A stretch of 54,055 nt of DNA, counting the filler, from Limisphaerales bacterium (GTDB lineage Bacteria; Verrucomicrobiota; Verrucomicrobiia; Limisphaerales; SIBE01), in NCBI GenBank assembly GCA_044225505.1. It is 2 parts of 2 records of this genome, joined end to end, with 100 filler letters (N's around TTAATTAATTAA, not from the genome) between each part and the next. Parts side by side here need not be neighbours in the genome. Positions count along the whole stretch, not along the records: positions 1 to 27,022 come from JBGAIN010000112.1; 1 more part is not named here. The stretch is one strand, 5' to 3'. Below the pieces are notes generated by a model that searched no databases, was not told the origin of the DNA, and saw nothing but the letters and a program-made list of their open reading frames with translations. Shown here piece by piece: positions 17,119 to 27,022 of this stretch (positions within the stretch are counted from its first letter, which is position 1; each line of letters opens with the position of its first letter). The position numbers were made by a program, and so were the translations under genes.

Positions 17119-20100
17119 TTACGGCTGAATCTCCTGAACACGCAAGAACACACGCCCCTTGGCCGCGAGCTCAGCCGTCGGGATCTCGACGCCGTACCAC
17201 CAGTTCGAGCCCGTCGCCACATCGCCAACGCGCGGGCCAATCGGCGTCCATGCGCCGGACGTCAAATCGCTTGTGGCCAAAACCTGGTAAGCGCGGAGCG
17301 GTTTGGCTGACCACCGCAGGCGAAGGGTGCCTTGAGTCGTCCGAGCCGTTTCCAGGACCTCGACTTTGTCGAAAATGCCCTGCAATCGCTCGGCCCGAGC
17401 GGCTGTGAAGCCCAATGCTTTGAAGTTAAGGACGCTCTGGGAAGCGTGGCAGTCACGGCAATTCAAAGCACCGTTGCGTTTGATCGCGTGGCTAAGGCTG
17501 ATGAATGAGCCTGTCGCTTGCGTTGGATCCGCCGCCGAGTCGAAGGTAGGATCTGCCGGATTGTTCGGCAGGTCCAAGCCGAGCAGTTCTCCGCTCCACA
17601 TGGCTGATCCCATCGCGATCAAATTGGTGGCGGGCGATGCCCAGGCATCCTTCCCGCTCATCATTAATCCCAGGCGAGCCAGGCCAATACTGACAGCTTC
17701 TTTGACATTGCCGGTGTGCACGTACCATTCCTTGTCGAAAGACAGCAGATTGGGGAACTGGGTCATCGCCGCACGCTCTTTTTCGTTGAGACCTTCCGGA
17801 CGCATGAAACCCATCATCTTCATTGGTGTGGCCATTTGCTCCATGGCTGCGGCCATGGTGAATTGCGCGTTGAAATTCGATACGTACCCAAACCCTTGCC
17901 GGTCCATCACCATCCCGTTGATGATCGGACGGAACGGGTAGATTTTGGCGCCGGGCGTTTCGCCGGAAGCAATCCGGAAATCCCATGCCGAAGCGTCGTG
18001 CATGGGTTCAGCCAGCATGCTGACGTCGCCATTAAACCATCGGTAGGCCGGACGCGAGTTGTATTCGGACAGGTAAATACTGTAAGGCTCGTAAACGCCC
18101 GATTCCGGATCGAGCTTCGGAATCGACGCTTCCGGCCCCGAGGTCACGCCGTAGGTCGAATACCAGATGCGACGAGAAGCCCCGGACGTCCAGGGGATAT
18201 GGCACGTCTCACAGGCGATAACGCTGGTGTGTTCGTTGTAAGGCGCCAACTCCGGAGCTTTGTGCGGGGCGGTGCCATGGCAACGGGTGCAATCCACTTC
18301 GACATCCTGGCGTTCCCAAGCGTGCATATCGCTCACTCTGGAACCTCGCGCCATTTTGTGCCCCGCTACTTCGTGGCATTGCGTGCATCGCATCCCCGCC
18401 TTGGCATGGACATCGTGATCTGGTTTGTACGGTGTCCCGCGCTTGTAATCAGGAGCCGCTTGCCCGTGCTCGTGACAACGCAAGCAAGCCGCGACCTCCA
18501 CCGGCTTACCCACACTCTCCGCCGCGCGCAAAGAACGGTCCTGGAACCAGGATCGGCGGCCGGTCTGAGTGTCTGTTCTTAACGCGCGATGCGTGGCCTC
18601 GGCGTCCTGTTCGTCGTAGACACCGTCTCCTGTCATATCGTAATTGCCCGCGGAAGCATGGCATACCAGGCAATCCACCGCGTTCTTCTGCGCCGCGCTG
18701 AACTGCCCGGTGGCCGCATCCGGGAACGGCAAACCATCTCCAACATGGCATTTGCCGCACGCTGTCGAACCCTTGTGCGCACCCAGGTCCGCATAGTAAT
18801 TGACCATGGCACTGCTGCCAACGAGTGCGCAAAAGCGATCGATCATTCCATGCGATCCTCCTCCTGGAAATGCCAGCTTCGCGTTCGGCGTGCGCCAGGT
18901 GTAATGAACACTGCCCATCACTTCGTCCGCCTTTCCTGGATGACACCCCAAACAACTTGCCGACCCGGTGTAGCCGTTGGCAAATCGACCGGTATGGTCT
19001 TTGGTCAGAGCCGCGTCCGTCAGCTTGGCAACCTTTTCCGCGCTGTAACCCAACGCGGCAAAGTCCAGCCGCCCTCCTTCCTGAACGTGGCACTGCGCGC
19101 ATTGCAGCGCTTTCTCCTTCGGCGCCACCATGTGGTTCTGAACCCACATCATCTCCGTTTTCACGTAGCCAAATTGCCCGCTATACGGCTTGCCCATGTA
19201 AGCCATCCCCGCGGTCAATGCTTTGTTCCAGTCGTATGTCTTCCAATACGCATCGAAATCATTGGTGTTTCTCGGAAATAGATGCGGCACCGCCAACGTC
19301 TTCAACCCCGCATCATACGGTTGCACACCTGTGAAACGCTTGACCGGATAAATCCTCGCCTTCGGATCGCTCACGCTGCCTTGCAACGCTGTAATCCGCA
19401 GGACTTGCGCCGGATCGAATGGCTCGTCGATCGTCACATAGTTCACATCCCCGTTAAACCACACATACTCAGGCACGACATTGGCCTGCCAGGTGAAGGT
19501 GCCTTTCTGCGTATCGTAAATCGGGTTGCCCGCCGCGTCTTTGGTGATGAATGTCTTGCCGTCTGCTCCCATGGTCCCGGCGGTCGACCAGTCCCAACTC
19601 ATCTTTGTCGCTTTACCGCCACGCGCAAACGCTGGAATGTGGCACGTTTGGCATGCCACTTTGGCCGTATGCTGATTCAAACGGGGATTGCTCTTGTGCG
19701 GAGCCTCGGTATGACAGCGCGCACACGAAAGAATGTCGGCCGTGTCCGCTTGAGTATAATGCGACCCGATAAAGCTATGGTGGCCCTCGCCTAAAGCGTC
19801 CTTGGGCACGTGGCAAAAACTGCAGTCCTGATTGAGCCCGTCCGTTCCCATGTGCACGTCCAAATCCCGAGTCGGGTTAGCCAACGTCGAGTCCAAATCT
19901 CCGTGCTTCACCGCGTCGCCGCCGCCGCCGTAGAAGTGGCAAGCGCCACACGTCGTGCGACTGGTCGGACCGACGTTCTTCGCCACCTCAACCAAGTCCG
20001 GCGGCGCCCACATCACCCCGCTGCCCGCGGGGAACTCCTTCGGCACGGTCCCATAGACCGGATGACCCGAGCCGGTCGGGAACTTCTTGTAAGTCCCGGT

Positions 20101-20454
20101 TGTATCGTGGCATACGAGACAATCCACTGCCGCCGAATTCGAGAAATCGAACGTCTTGTCGGCATAGCCCAGCCCGACGTGGCAACTCGTGCAGCGCGGC
20201 TCATTCGATGCCACCGCAATGCAGAAGCTATTGATCACGTTGTTTTTTCCGAGCTTCTTGCCGTTCTTGGGATCGGTGTATTCCCAGGTCCAATGCAACG
20301 TGTCCATGACTTCTTGGGCCGCGGTGTCATGGCACTTAAGACAGGTCGTGGCATTGGTGTAACTGTTGATCCACGGATGCGAGGCCGCGCGCGCTGTGGC
20401 GCCCAGCGACAGGAAGAAGAACCCGGCGAGGAGGGAGACGGTGAGGCGTTTCAT
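17119..20454 (-). CDS. 16-heme cytochrome c: two tandem octaheme tetrathionate reductase (OTR)-like domains plus a C-terminal beta domain
   Basis: Signal peptide and 16 CxxCH motifs (8+8). OTR signatures HWTW, GK.N.INSFC, CTSCHVG, CGACHFYGGGGDAVKHGDLD, ACQTCHIP, NHMVAPKE.AL.C. Confidence 0.9.
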   Translation of the reverse strand: MKRLTVSLLAGFFFLSLGATARAASHPWINSYTNATTCLKCHDTAAQEVMDTLHWTWEYTDPKNGKKLGKNNVINSFCIAVASNEPRCTSCHVGLGYADKTFDFSNSAAVDCLVCHDTTGTYKKFPTGSGHPVYGTVPKEFPAGSGVMWAPPDLVEVAKNVGPTSRTTCGACHFYGGGGDAVKHGDLDSTLANPTRDLDVHMGTDGLNQDCSFCHVPKDALGEGHHSFIGSHYTQADTADILSCARCHTEAPHKSNPRLNQHTAKVACQTCHIPAFARGGKATKMSWDWSTAGTMGADGKTFITKDAAGNPIYDTQKGTFTWQANVVPEYVWFNGDVNYVTIDEPFDPAQVLRITALQGSVSDPKARIYPVKRFTGVQPYDAGLKTLAVPHLFPRNTNDFDAYWKTYDWNKALTAGMAYMGKPYSGQFGYVKTEMMWVQNHMVAPKEKALQCAQCHVQEGGRLDFAALGYSAEKVAKLTDAALTKDHTGRFANGYTGSASCLGCHPGKADEVMGSVHYTWRTPNAKLAFPGGGSHGMIDRFCALVGSSAMVNYYADLGAHKGSTACGKCHVGDGLPFPDAATGQFSAAQKNAVDCLVCHASAGNYDMTGDGVYDEQDAEATHRALRTDTQTGRRSWFQDRSLRAAESVGKPVEVAACLRCHEHGQAAPDYKRGTPYKPDHDVHAKAGMRCTQCHEVAGHKMARGSRVSDMHAWERQDVEVDCTRCHGTAPHKAPELAPYNEHTSVIACETCHIPWTSGASRRIWYSTYGVTSGPEASIPKLDPESGVYEPYSIYLSEYNSRPAYRWFNGDVSMLAEPMHDASAWDFRIASGETPGAKIYPFRPIINGMVMDRQGFGYVSNFNAQFTMAAAMEQMATPMKMMGFMRPEGLNEKERAAMTQFPNLLSFDKEWYVHTGNVKEAVSIGLARLGLMMSGKDAWASPATNLIAMGSAMWSGELLGLDLPNNPADPTFDSAADPTQATGSFISLSHAIKRNGALNCRDCHASQSVLNFKALGFTAARAERLQGIFDKVEVLETARTTQGTLRLRWSAKPLRAYQVLATSDLTSGAWTPIGPRVGDVATGSNWWYGVEIPTAELAAKGRVFLRVQEIQP

Positions 20455-20474
20455 AGGATCAAGCGGATTGTCCA

Positions 20475-20504
20475 TGCTTATATGCATGTATAAGCAAACA
20501 TGCA
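20475..20504. promoter_or_regulatory. Overlapping inverted repeats, probable repressor operator upstream of the cytochrome gene
   Basis: TGCTTATA-N6-TATAAGCA (20475-20496) and TGCATGT-N8-ACATGCA (20483-20504), about 20-50 bp upstream of the ATG. Confidence 0.6.
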
Positions 20505-20594
20505 ACAAGAATCTTTCCTCAGTAGCTCCATGAATGACAAAAGGCCTGGTCAACGCCCTGGGCCTCAAGGGAAAGACAATGATCAGAAGCAAGC

Positions 20595-20673
20595 GCAGGA
20601 TCAGGATTACGAGGGCGATTACGATTACGATTACGATTACGATTAGGAGCAGGATTAAGACGAAGGAGGAGGA
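20595..20673. repeat. Second hexamer tract (GATTAC)n/GATTAG with GAG runs
   Basis: Same motif family and strand as 16486-16609. Confidence 0.85.
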
Positions 20674-20694
20674 GACGGCACGGAGGTGACTCGA

Positions 20695-21273
20695 TCAGCG
20701 TTTCGTTTCTTCACCCCAAACCGGGAGAGGCCCAGCCACCGTGGGCGTTTGCACAAGCCTCGGGTTTCGCGGCGTGAAGACCTCTTTCCCGAGCCATTGG
20801 TTGATCACTTGCAACGGCCAGTTTCGTTCCCGGCCCACCTCCAGCCGCAACCGCCATCTGTTGGTGACGGCCAGCCCGGTCGGCCAAGGCACCGCCGCAA
20901 TCCAACCCATCCCGGGCGGCACCAAACTTCCCCCCACACCGCGCCAATAATTGGTCGGCCAGCCGACCAGCGAAACGAATTCGATCCAGTTCGTCCCGTC
21001 CGCCCGCTCCACACCGACCGTCCGGTAGCGGAGGTAAGCAGCCGCCGTTTGATTAGTAAGGCCAAATAGCGCATAGAGCCCGTCGCCTGCGCGGGAAACA
21101 GCCAGAACGGGCAACGTCAGCCTGGGCGCATTCGTCAGCCCCAGAAAAACCATCGCCAGGTCGTTGGGCGAGCCCGATCCCTGCTTGACTTGGGAGCGCC
21201 TCGCCACCAGACCCACCCCAAGAATCGCCGCCAGGGCTAGGGCCAATCCCCATGTGACAGCGGGGGCCTTCAT
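20695..21273 (-). CDS. Hypothetical membrane-anchored protein
   Basis: N-terminal hydrophobic helix; ATGA overlap with the upstream amidase-like gene. Confidence 0.6.
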   Translation of the reverse strand: MKAPAVTWGLALALAAILGVGLVARRSQVKQGSGSPNDLAMVFLGLTNAPRLTLPVLAVSRAGDGLYALFGLTNQTAAAYLRYRTVGVERADGTNWIEFVSLVGWPTNYWRGVGGSLVPPGMGWIAAVPWPTGLAVTNRWRLRLEVGRERNWPLQVINQWLGKEVFTPRNPRLVQTPTVAGPLPVWGEETKR

Positions 21274-22706
21274 CCCGGAGCCGCAGCCACAGGTTCCGAT
21301 GGGCGCCACCCACCATGGATGCGCCGCAACGTCTCGATCGCTTCTTTCGGCGGCACAAACTGGGCCGTCCCGTCGGCTCCTTTCAAAACCAGGGTCTCGA
21401 TCTTGAATGGCACCGCGTCGAGCGAGTCGGTCTTGGCGTAATGCTCCAGGACGAGCGTGGCGATATCGTCCGCGGTGAGCGTGAAACGCCCCAGCCGCTT
21501 GATCAATGAGAAGTGGATTGGACCCCGCTTGTGATAAGACCGATAGACCAGCTCGGTGCAGACGATGCGGCTGCTGACATTAAAGTCGAACTCGAAGTCA
21601 TACGGCTTTCCGACATGCCCAAACGCCTCCCCGATCGCCGCTGCCACCCCGTCGCGCGGCAGATTGGGACGCAGCACGACCACATGATCCGCCACGAGCG
21701 AGTGGTCCAAACGATTGATCAAGACCCGCGGGCTGATCGCTTCAATCACCGCTCCGAGTTCGGCCCCTTGACGCTCCACTTCCTTCACATGCGGCCCTAC
21801 GTAGCGATGCTCTCGCAGACCCAAACGGTCCAGGTCCGACATTTGCCCGATGTAAAGCGCGGCATGCGCCCAAAAGCCCGGGAGCAAGGCCGAGGTGAGT
21901 TTCTCTTCCGCCCGAATCAGGAGCACGTCTCCGGGCTGTAAACTCGGCACCAGCCGCGCGCAGACGGAAGGCGCCAACGCGGGCCGATAATTGAGGCTCA
22001 AGCGGAGTCCGGCGCACGCACCTCCGATCAACGATTGCACCCCGTAGCGGGTGCGGTGCACCGGCTGGAACGTCGTCTGCCAGAGGGCTCGCCAGTCGTA
22101 ACGCAAGCGGCAGAGCAAAACGTTCCCTAACCGGCGTCGAATACAGCTCCGCTCCGCCCGCACCACCTCGAGCAACCAGCGGCAGTCGTCCCCCTGCGCC
22201 AGTTTCTGAATGGCGCGGCGATGCCGTTGCCAGAACCAAATCCCGCGAATCAATTCCCGGTAATGCCGCAGCGAACTGTAACTGCGCAGCACATGATCGA
22301 AAAACCCGGCCTCGATCTCGAACTTGGCGTCGGGTTCATTAAGCTTCTGGCGCACGAGCGGTTCGTGTTCATACGCCTGGATCAGTTTGAGCGACTTCGC
22401 ATAGAGCGTCAGGCCGGCCGCCAACCCCAGCAAAAATCCGCGCAAACGCGATTCGACGTCCGGGATCTCGCGATAGTTCCAGTAGCGAAGGATGATCTCG
22501 TAGAGCGCCAACCGGTAGTTGCGGTAGCTCAAGAGCATCTGCCGCACCCAATCATCTTCATCCGGCGTGAAATAGCCCCGCTGGCGCGCTGCCACATTAG
22601 CCTGCGCCTGGCGCCATTGCCCCTCGAGCTTTGTCAACCCGTCGCACAGCAGCCGCAAGGTCTCCGCATCGCGCTGCAACTGAAGTTTGAGCTCAGCCTC
22701 TGGCAT
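21270..22706 (-). CDS. Permuted papain-like NlpC/P60 (YiiX/YebB-like) amidase
   Basis: LQPGDVLL, PGFWAHAALYIG, VIEA, GKPYDFEFDF, IVCTELVY. Confidence 0.85.
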   Translation of the reverse strand: MPEAELKLQLQRDAETLRLLCDGLTKLEGQWRQAQANVAARQRGYFTPDEDDWVRQMLLSYRNYRLALYEIILRYWNYREIPDVESRLRGFLLGLAAGLTLYAKSLKLIQAYEHEPLVRQKLNEPDAKFEIEAGFFDHVLRSYSSLRHYRELIRGIWFWQRHRRAIQKLAQGDDCRWLLEVVRAERSCIRRRLGNVLLCRLRYDWRALWQTTFQPVHRTRYGVQSLIGGACAGLRLSLNYRPALAPSVCARLVPSLQPGDVLLIRAEEKLTSALLPGFWAHAALYIGQMSDLDRLGLREHRYVGPHVKEVERQGAELGAVIEAISPRVLINRLDHSLVADHVVVLRPNLPRDGVAAAIGEAFGHVGKPYDFEFDFNVSSRIVCTELVYRSYHKRGPIHFSLIKRLGRFTLTADDIATLVLEHYAKTDSLDAVPFKIETLVLKGADGTAQFVPPKEAIETLRRIHGGWRPSEPVAAAPG

Positions 22707-23280
22707 GATAGAAACCACGGTGACCACCCCAGCCTACCTCAGCGGCCGCGAATTGAAAACCAGTATTCAAACCCTGGTTCAAACGGACCACGGTTGTATC
22801 CGTAAGGATCAACCGCAGTTTCAGCGTGCCGTCGCCGGCCGCCGTCCGAGTCCCCACGATTTCAAGGATCGCGGGTTTCAACCCGCAGGAACACCCGCCT
22901 CGGATGGAACGACGCTTTATTTCGAACCGCTCTTCGCCAAGCGCAGCTTCCTGCGCAATAAATCCCACGTTCCAATGAACCTGAAGCCCCGTGGACGATG
23001 CCGAGGCCATCATCGCCAGTGAGTCGGCTGCCAACTGCAAGCTGGGAAAGGAGAGCCGGAATCCGTCCGAGCCGAGACATCGATTGCGCCGAAGGCAAGG
23101 GAAACCCAGGAAGTCTCAGGATTGACTTCACCCGGTTCCTGGCTAACTTCCGATCCAGGTGCGTCCCGTAGCGCTCAAACGGTTGGTCGCTTCGATCCCA
23201 TAACTGAAAAGCCCGGTCGCTCGTCGGTGACCGCTTTCGCCGATAAAAAATCTGCCGCTCTTTGTTACGAAAGCCGATTT

Positions 23281-24114
23281 ATGAAACACCCCTTTTCCCT
23301 GGCGCTCGCCCTCACCGCGACGCTCGTTGCCACCCTGCACCTTCACGCTGCGGACCACGCCCATCTCAATGCCGGCGCCGTGGGCACCAAACAAAACGAT
23401 AAACTCACCTTCGATAATGGCGGCGATTTCAAGGTCGATGCGAATTACGTCAAAACTCTCGCCTACACGGACACCACCACCTACGCCGGATATTATCAGG
23501 GCAACATCACCCTCACCGCGCTCGCCCAAACAGCGGCCAATGGCGGTCCCGCCCCGAACGCCCCAGCGCCAGGATCGTTCATCCAAGCGCGGCTCGTCTC
23601 CGTGGAAGGGCCCGCGGGAGGCGCGTTCGCCTTCTGGAACACCGGCGCGACCAACCCCACCCTCAGCTTGCTCAACGGCGAGACCGGCACGAACCTGTTC
23701 GCTTTGACCCAGAGCGACGGATCGCCTGGCGCCGATCCCTTTGGCCATATCCACGGCCGGCGTTTCACCGCCACCTTGCCAGGCATCTACAAGGTCGGGT
23801 TTCAACTGTTCGACACCTCCACCAACGGCGTCGGCGGCGGCCCTATCCACACTCCGTCCGACGTGCTCTACGTCGCTTTCGAAGCGGGCGTGAACCTGGA
23901 CACCGTCCTTCCCGACGAGGACCATGCGCATGTCCGGTTCGCCGCGCCGTTCGGGAGCAATTGGCAATTGGAAGTGTCCGACACCTTGGGATCCAAGAGT
24001 TCCTGGACAAGCGTCGGGGATCCGGTCGTCGGCGATGATCTCTTTCACGAATTGGAAGACGAACACCCCGTCACTGGCACGCGGTTCTATCGCGTCCGAG
24101 ACGTGACGCCGTAA
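23281..24114 (+). CDS. Secreted His-rich protein with C-terminal sorting-like domain
   Basis: Signal peptide; DHAHLNAG, DPFGHIHGRRF and DEDHAH motifs; ends WQLEVSDTL..W...RFYRV. Confidence 0.75.
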   Translation: MKHPFSLALALTATLVATLHLHAADHAHLNAGAVGTKQNDKLTFDNGGDFKVDANYVKTLAYTDTTTYAGYYQGNITLTALAQTAANGGPAPNAPAPGSFIQARLVSVEGPAGGAFAFWNTGATNPTLSLLNGETGTNLFALTQSDGSPGADPFGHIHGRRFTATLPGIYKVGFQLFDTSTNGVGGGPIHTPSDVLYVAFEAGVNLDTVLPDEDHAHVRFAAPFGSNWQLEVSDTLGSKSSWTSVGDPVVGDDLFHELEDEHPVTGTRFYRVRDVTP

Positions 24115-24605
24115 CGTCGGCACGCCGTTGGGCTCGCGGCCATCACCGCTTCCATTCCTCATCGGTCGGACCGCGGCTGTGTCGTCAGACCCGCCGCAGA
24201 GCTCTCTGGCTTCCGTTTCCTTTAACCACGGGATCTACCGCCCGCACGGCAGAGGATCCTTCGGGCGCAACCACGCCCGAGCCCGCCAGGAGCGAATTCC
24301 TCCGCACCGGCAGGTTCCATTCGACAGCGTCCGCCCTTTGCCTTAAGACACCAGAACGCCACCGCGCTCGCCGCGGGGCCAAGGAGGGGTTCGAGATCCG
24401 ATGCGCAGTCCGCTGCCGATCCTGTCGTTGCTCTACGCTTCCGGGGTGTTGTTGGGATATTACTGGCAACCGCCCGGGACGATCCTCTGGACTTTGGCAC
24501 TGGGCGCACTGCAATTTCAGGGTTAAACCGGGGAGATTCTAGAAATGCAGAGTCTGTCTCCATGGCTCAACCAATGCAAACTCCCCAGTCGCTCCAGCCT
24601 CCGCG

Positions 24606-26567
24606 CTACAGGCTTTCGACGAATTTGCGAACCTGAGCGACCTCCTCTGGTATCGCGAGGTCGTTCGCTTTCCAAGCCTGGAGAATTTCAGACTCGAAGG
24701 TGTCCGATGCCCTATATCCCAAGTCCAATGTCAGTTTGCGCAAGACCTCCTTGCCCATGCAGTCTCGCCACAGCGCAGGGCTCTGCCGAACTTTCTCGTA
24801 AAACTCGACGCTTTTGATTGCCGCGTCTAAAAATTCCTTTTGATGGACAGGGTCAATCTCGGGTTCGGTCTGAACCAGCCGCCGAAGCTCAACCTCAGCC
24901 CCTTGGCCAAAATCGGTCCAGGTGGATTTCCAAAAAGCTCCTTTGAGTGGCCTACAAGGTTTCCGCAACTGTTCATTTAGCGCAACAGTTCGGGAAAAAA
25001 TCCACGCCCCAGCGTACCGATCACTTGCTTGCAGGATCAACTCATCCGCTGATCCTGGGCGACCTAGTCGCTCCAGTCTAAACGCGATGCACGTTGGATG
25101 CAGAAAAAGGTTCTCCACCTCATGGCAAGGCAGGATGAAAAGGCGCAACTCCTGCGGCTCGATCTCACCCAACTCCGATTCACTTCGAAAATCTCGGTCG
25201 ATCATTCCACCGACGCGAAGCGGACTGCCCGACACATCGGTCAGATTGCGAACCGCTTCGACTGCCGATTCAACAGACGTGCAACCACCAGCCTCCAGAA
25301 ACTTGTTTTCCGGCGCATTGCCGCAAATCTTATGGAATCGATCTCTTTCGCCCTTGCCCCGTTCTCCTTCAATGAAGATGAACCGTGACTTTGTCAGCGA
25401 GAAAGCCGGTGACCCGAGAGCCCCAGATAGGACGCTAAACGCTGGTTTGTCGACGAGCGGTTCGATCCGTTCAACCCGTCGGCTTGTCTCCGAGCGTTGC
25501 AGAAGGAAGGTGCAGCTGAGGCCTGCAACCTCTACTGCTTCCAACGAATGAGTTGCGATCCACGTCTGACCGTCCTCAACCGAGTCGCGCAGGAACGATA
25601 TCCAAGTGCGAAGCAGACTTGAATTCAGGTGTAGTTCTGGCTCGTCGACTAGGAAGAGTCCGCGCTTAAGTTGAAAGCGCTCTATCTGGCCAACCAGAAA
25701 GCAGATTTCGCGCTCGCCGCCGCTGAGTTGGTTGAACGTGAGCGGATTCCCCGCATCGAAAACGAGAGTCCGCTTTTCGGTGTCTACCCCTGAGAACCGT
25801 AGATGGGGCAAAACCGTCTTAATTGCTTTTCCGAACTCTTGAAAGGGATCTTCAAATGCCGGACGAGCGATCTTCCAGTGGTCCGCCTCTCGCTCCATTT
25901 GGTAGTGTTTCGCGGCGCGTTGGCCTTCCCTTGAAATGCAGTAATTCAAGAAATCCTCGTAAAGTTGATTTGGGGGAAGTGTTGACCTATTCTTCCGAAA
26001 TTGAGTTGAATCCCAATTCCGGCCCATACCATCCGCCAAGGCATGAAGGTTAGCTTCGGCAGGCGGGTAGGCACGATCCGAATTAAGAAAAAGGCAAAAC
26101 GTATCCGCTCGGACTCGCAGCCAACCGGTGAGGTGCTTCACAAAATCGTGCCCAAAGGCTCCGGATATTCCTCCGGCCGTGATTCTGAGCTCGGGTGGCT
26201 TTTCCCTGCGAACGCTGAAGAGAGTAAGAGTTCCATCCCACTGAGCCATCAGTTCGTCGGGTTTGATGTTCGAAACGCGCGGCATCCGTAAAACAAATGT
26301 TGTGTCGCCGAAAAGCTCAGTTTGGAATATCTTGGAGAACTCGACCGTAAGTTCCAGCTCATGCTCTTCGTCAAACGCGTTTCCACGACCATGAAATTCA
26401 GGAGCCATGCCCAATTGGTTAGCTGCTGCCGAGACTAGCTCCAGGAGGTTGCTCTTCCCCGTCCCGTTTTCTCCTACAAGGCACACGAGTTTTGAATCGC
26501 GAGAAATCTCCATCTCTACATCGTGAAAATTTCGCCAGCAGCTGATTTTAATTGATCGAATTCGCAT
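24606..26567 (-). CDS. ABC/AAA_21 ATPase fused to a Toprim/DUF4435-like domain (OLD/PARIS-like)
   Basis: GENGTGKS, LSGGE, LVDEPELHL, ATHS; C-terminal FIEGE..D, IDRD and HEVENLFL. Confidence 0.8.
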   Translation of the reverse strand: MRIRSIKISCWRNFHDVEMEISRDSKLVCLVGENGTGKSNLLELVSAAANQLGMAPEFHGRGNAFDEEHELELTVEFSKIFQTELFGDTTFVLRMPRVSNIKPDELMAQWDGTLTLFSVRREKPPELRITAGGISGAFGHDFVKHLTGWLRVRADTFCLFLNSDRAYPPAEANLHALADGMGRNWDSTQFRKNRSTLPPNQLYEDFLNYCISREGQRAAKHYQMEREADHWKIARPAFEDPFQEFGKAIKTVLPHLRFSGVDTEKRTLVFDAGNPLTFNQLSGGEREICFLVGQIERFQLKRGLFLVDEPELHLNSSLLRTWISFLRDSVEDGQTWIATHSLEAVEVAGLSCTFLLQRSETSRRVERIEPLVDKPAFSVLSGALGSPAFSLTKSRFIFIEGERGKGERDRFHKICGNAPENKFLEAGGCTSVESAVEAVRNLTDVSGSPLRVGGMIDRDFRSESELGEIEPQELRLFILPCHEVENLFLHPTCIAFRLERLGRPGSADELILQASDRYAGAWIFSRTVALNEQLRKPCRPLKGAFWKSTWTDFGQGAEVELRRLVQTEPEIDPVHQKEFLDAAIKSVEFYEKVRQSPALWRDCMGKEVLRKLTLDLGYRASDTFESEILQAWKANDLAIPEEVAQVRKFVESL

Positions 26568-26692
26568 CGGAAGTGTTGCCAAGGAAACCGCTGTTGGCGC
26601 GCAGAGTCAAGGTGTTCAACGCCACTGTAAGTTTGCCCTTCCTATGAAGGAAGTCGGATATTGAAAAGTGGTCCTTTGAGGAATAGCGTCGC

Positions 26693-27022
26693 ATGATGAT
26701 CCGTGGCATTAAGAGTGAAAACTTTCCACCGTTCGGCAGATTCACAATCGAATTTCCTCCGATTCCCAACAAGCCGCCTGGTCTTTCAGAAGTTCATCTC
26801 TTTACAGGGACGAACGGGACCGGGAAGACGCGACTACTCGCGGCACTTGCTGCGTTGCTAGGTTGTGACGCTGCACTAAGAAAACGACTTAAGGGCGAGG
26901 AAAATGTCTTGCTTCATTTCACGGACGCAATAGGGGACGCGTCAGCTCCATGGCTTGCTGCAGTCACTATGCACCGCGACCGTGCTACAGTGAATGCCGG
27001 TACACATGGCAAGATTGCCTTT
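26693..27022 (+). CDS. ABC/AAA ATPase, N-terminal part cut by the contig end
   Basis: IRGIKSENFPPF...LFTGTNGTGKTRLL Walker A; runs into the Ns. Confidence 0.7.
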
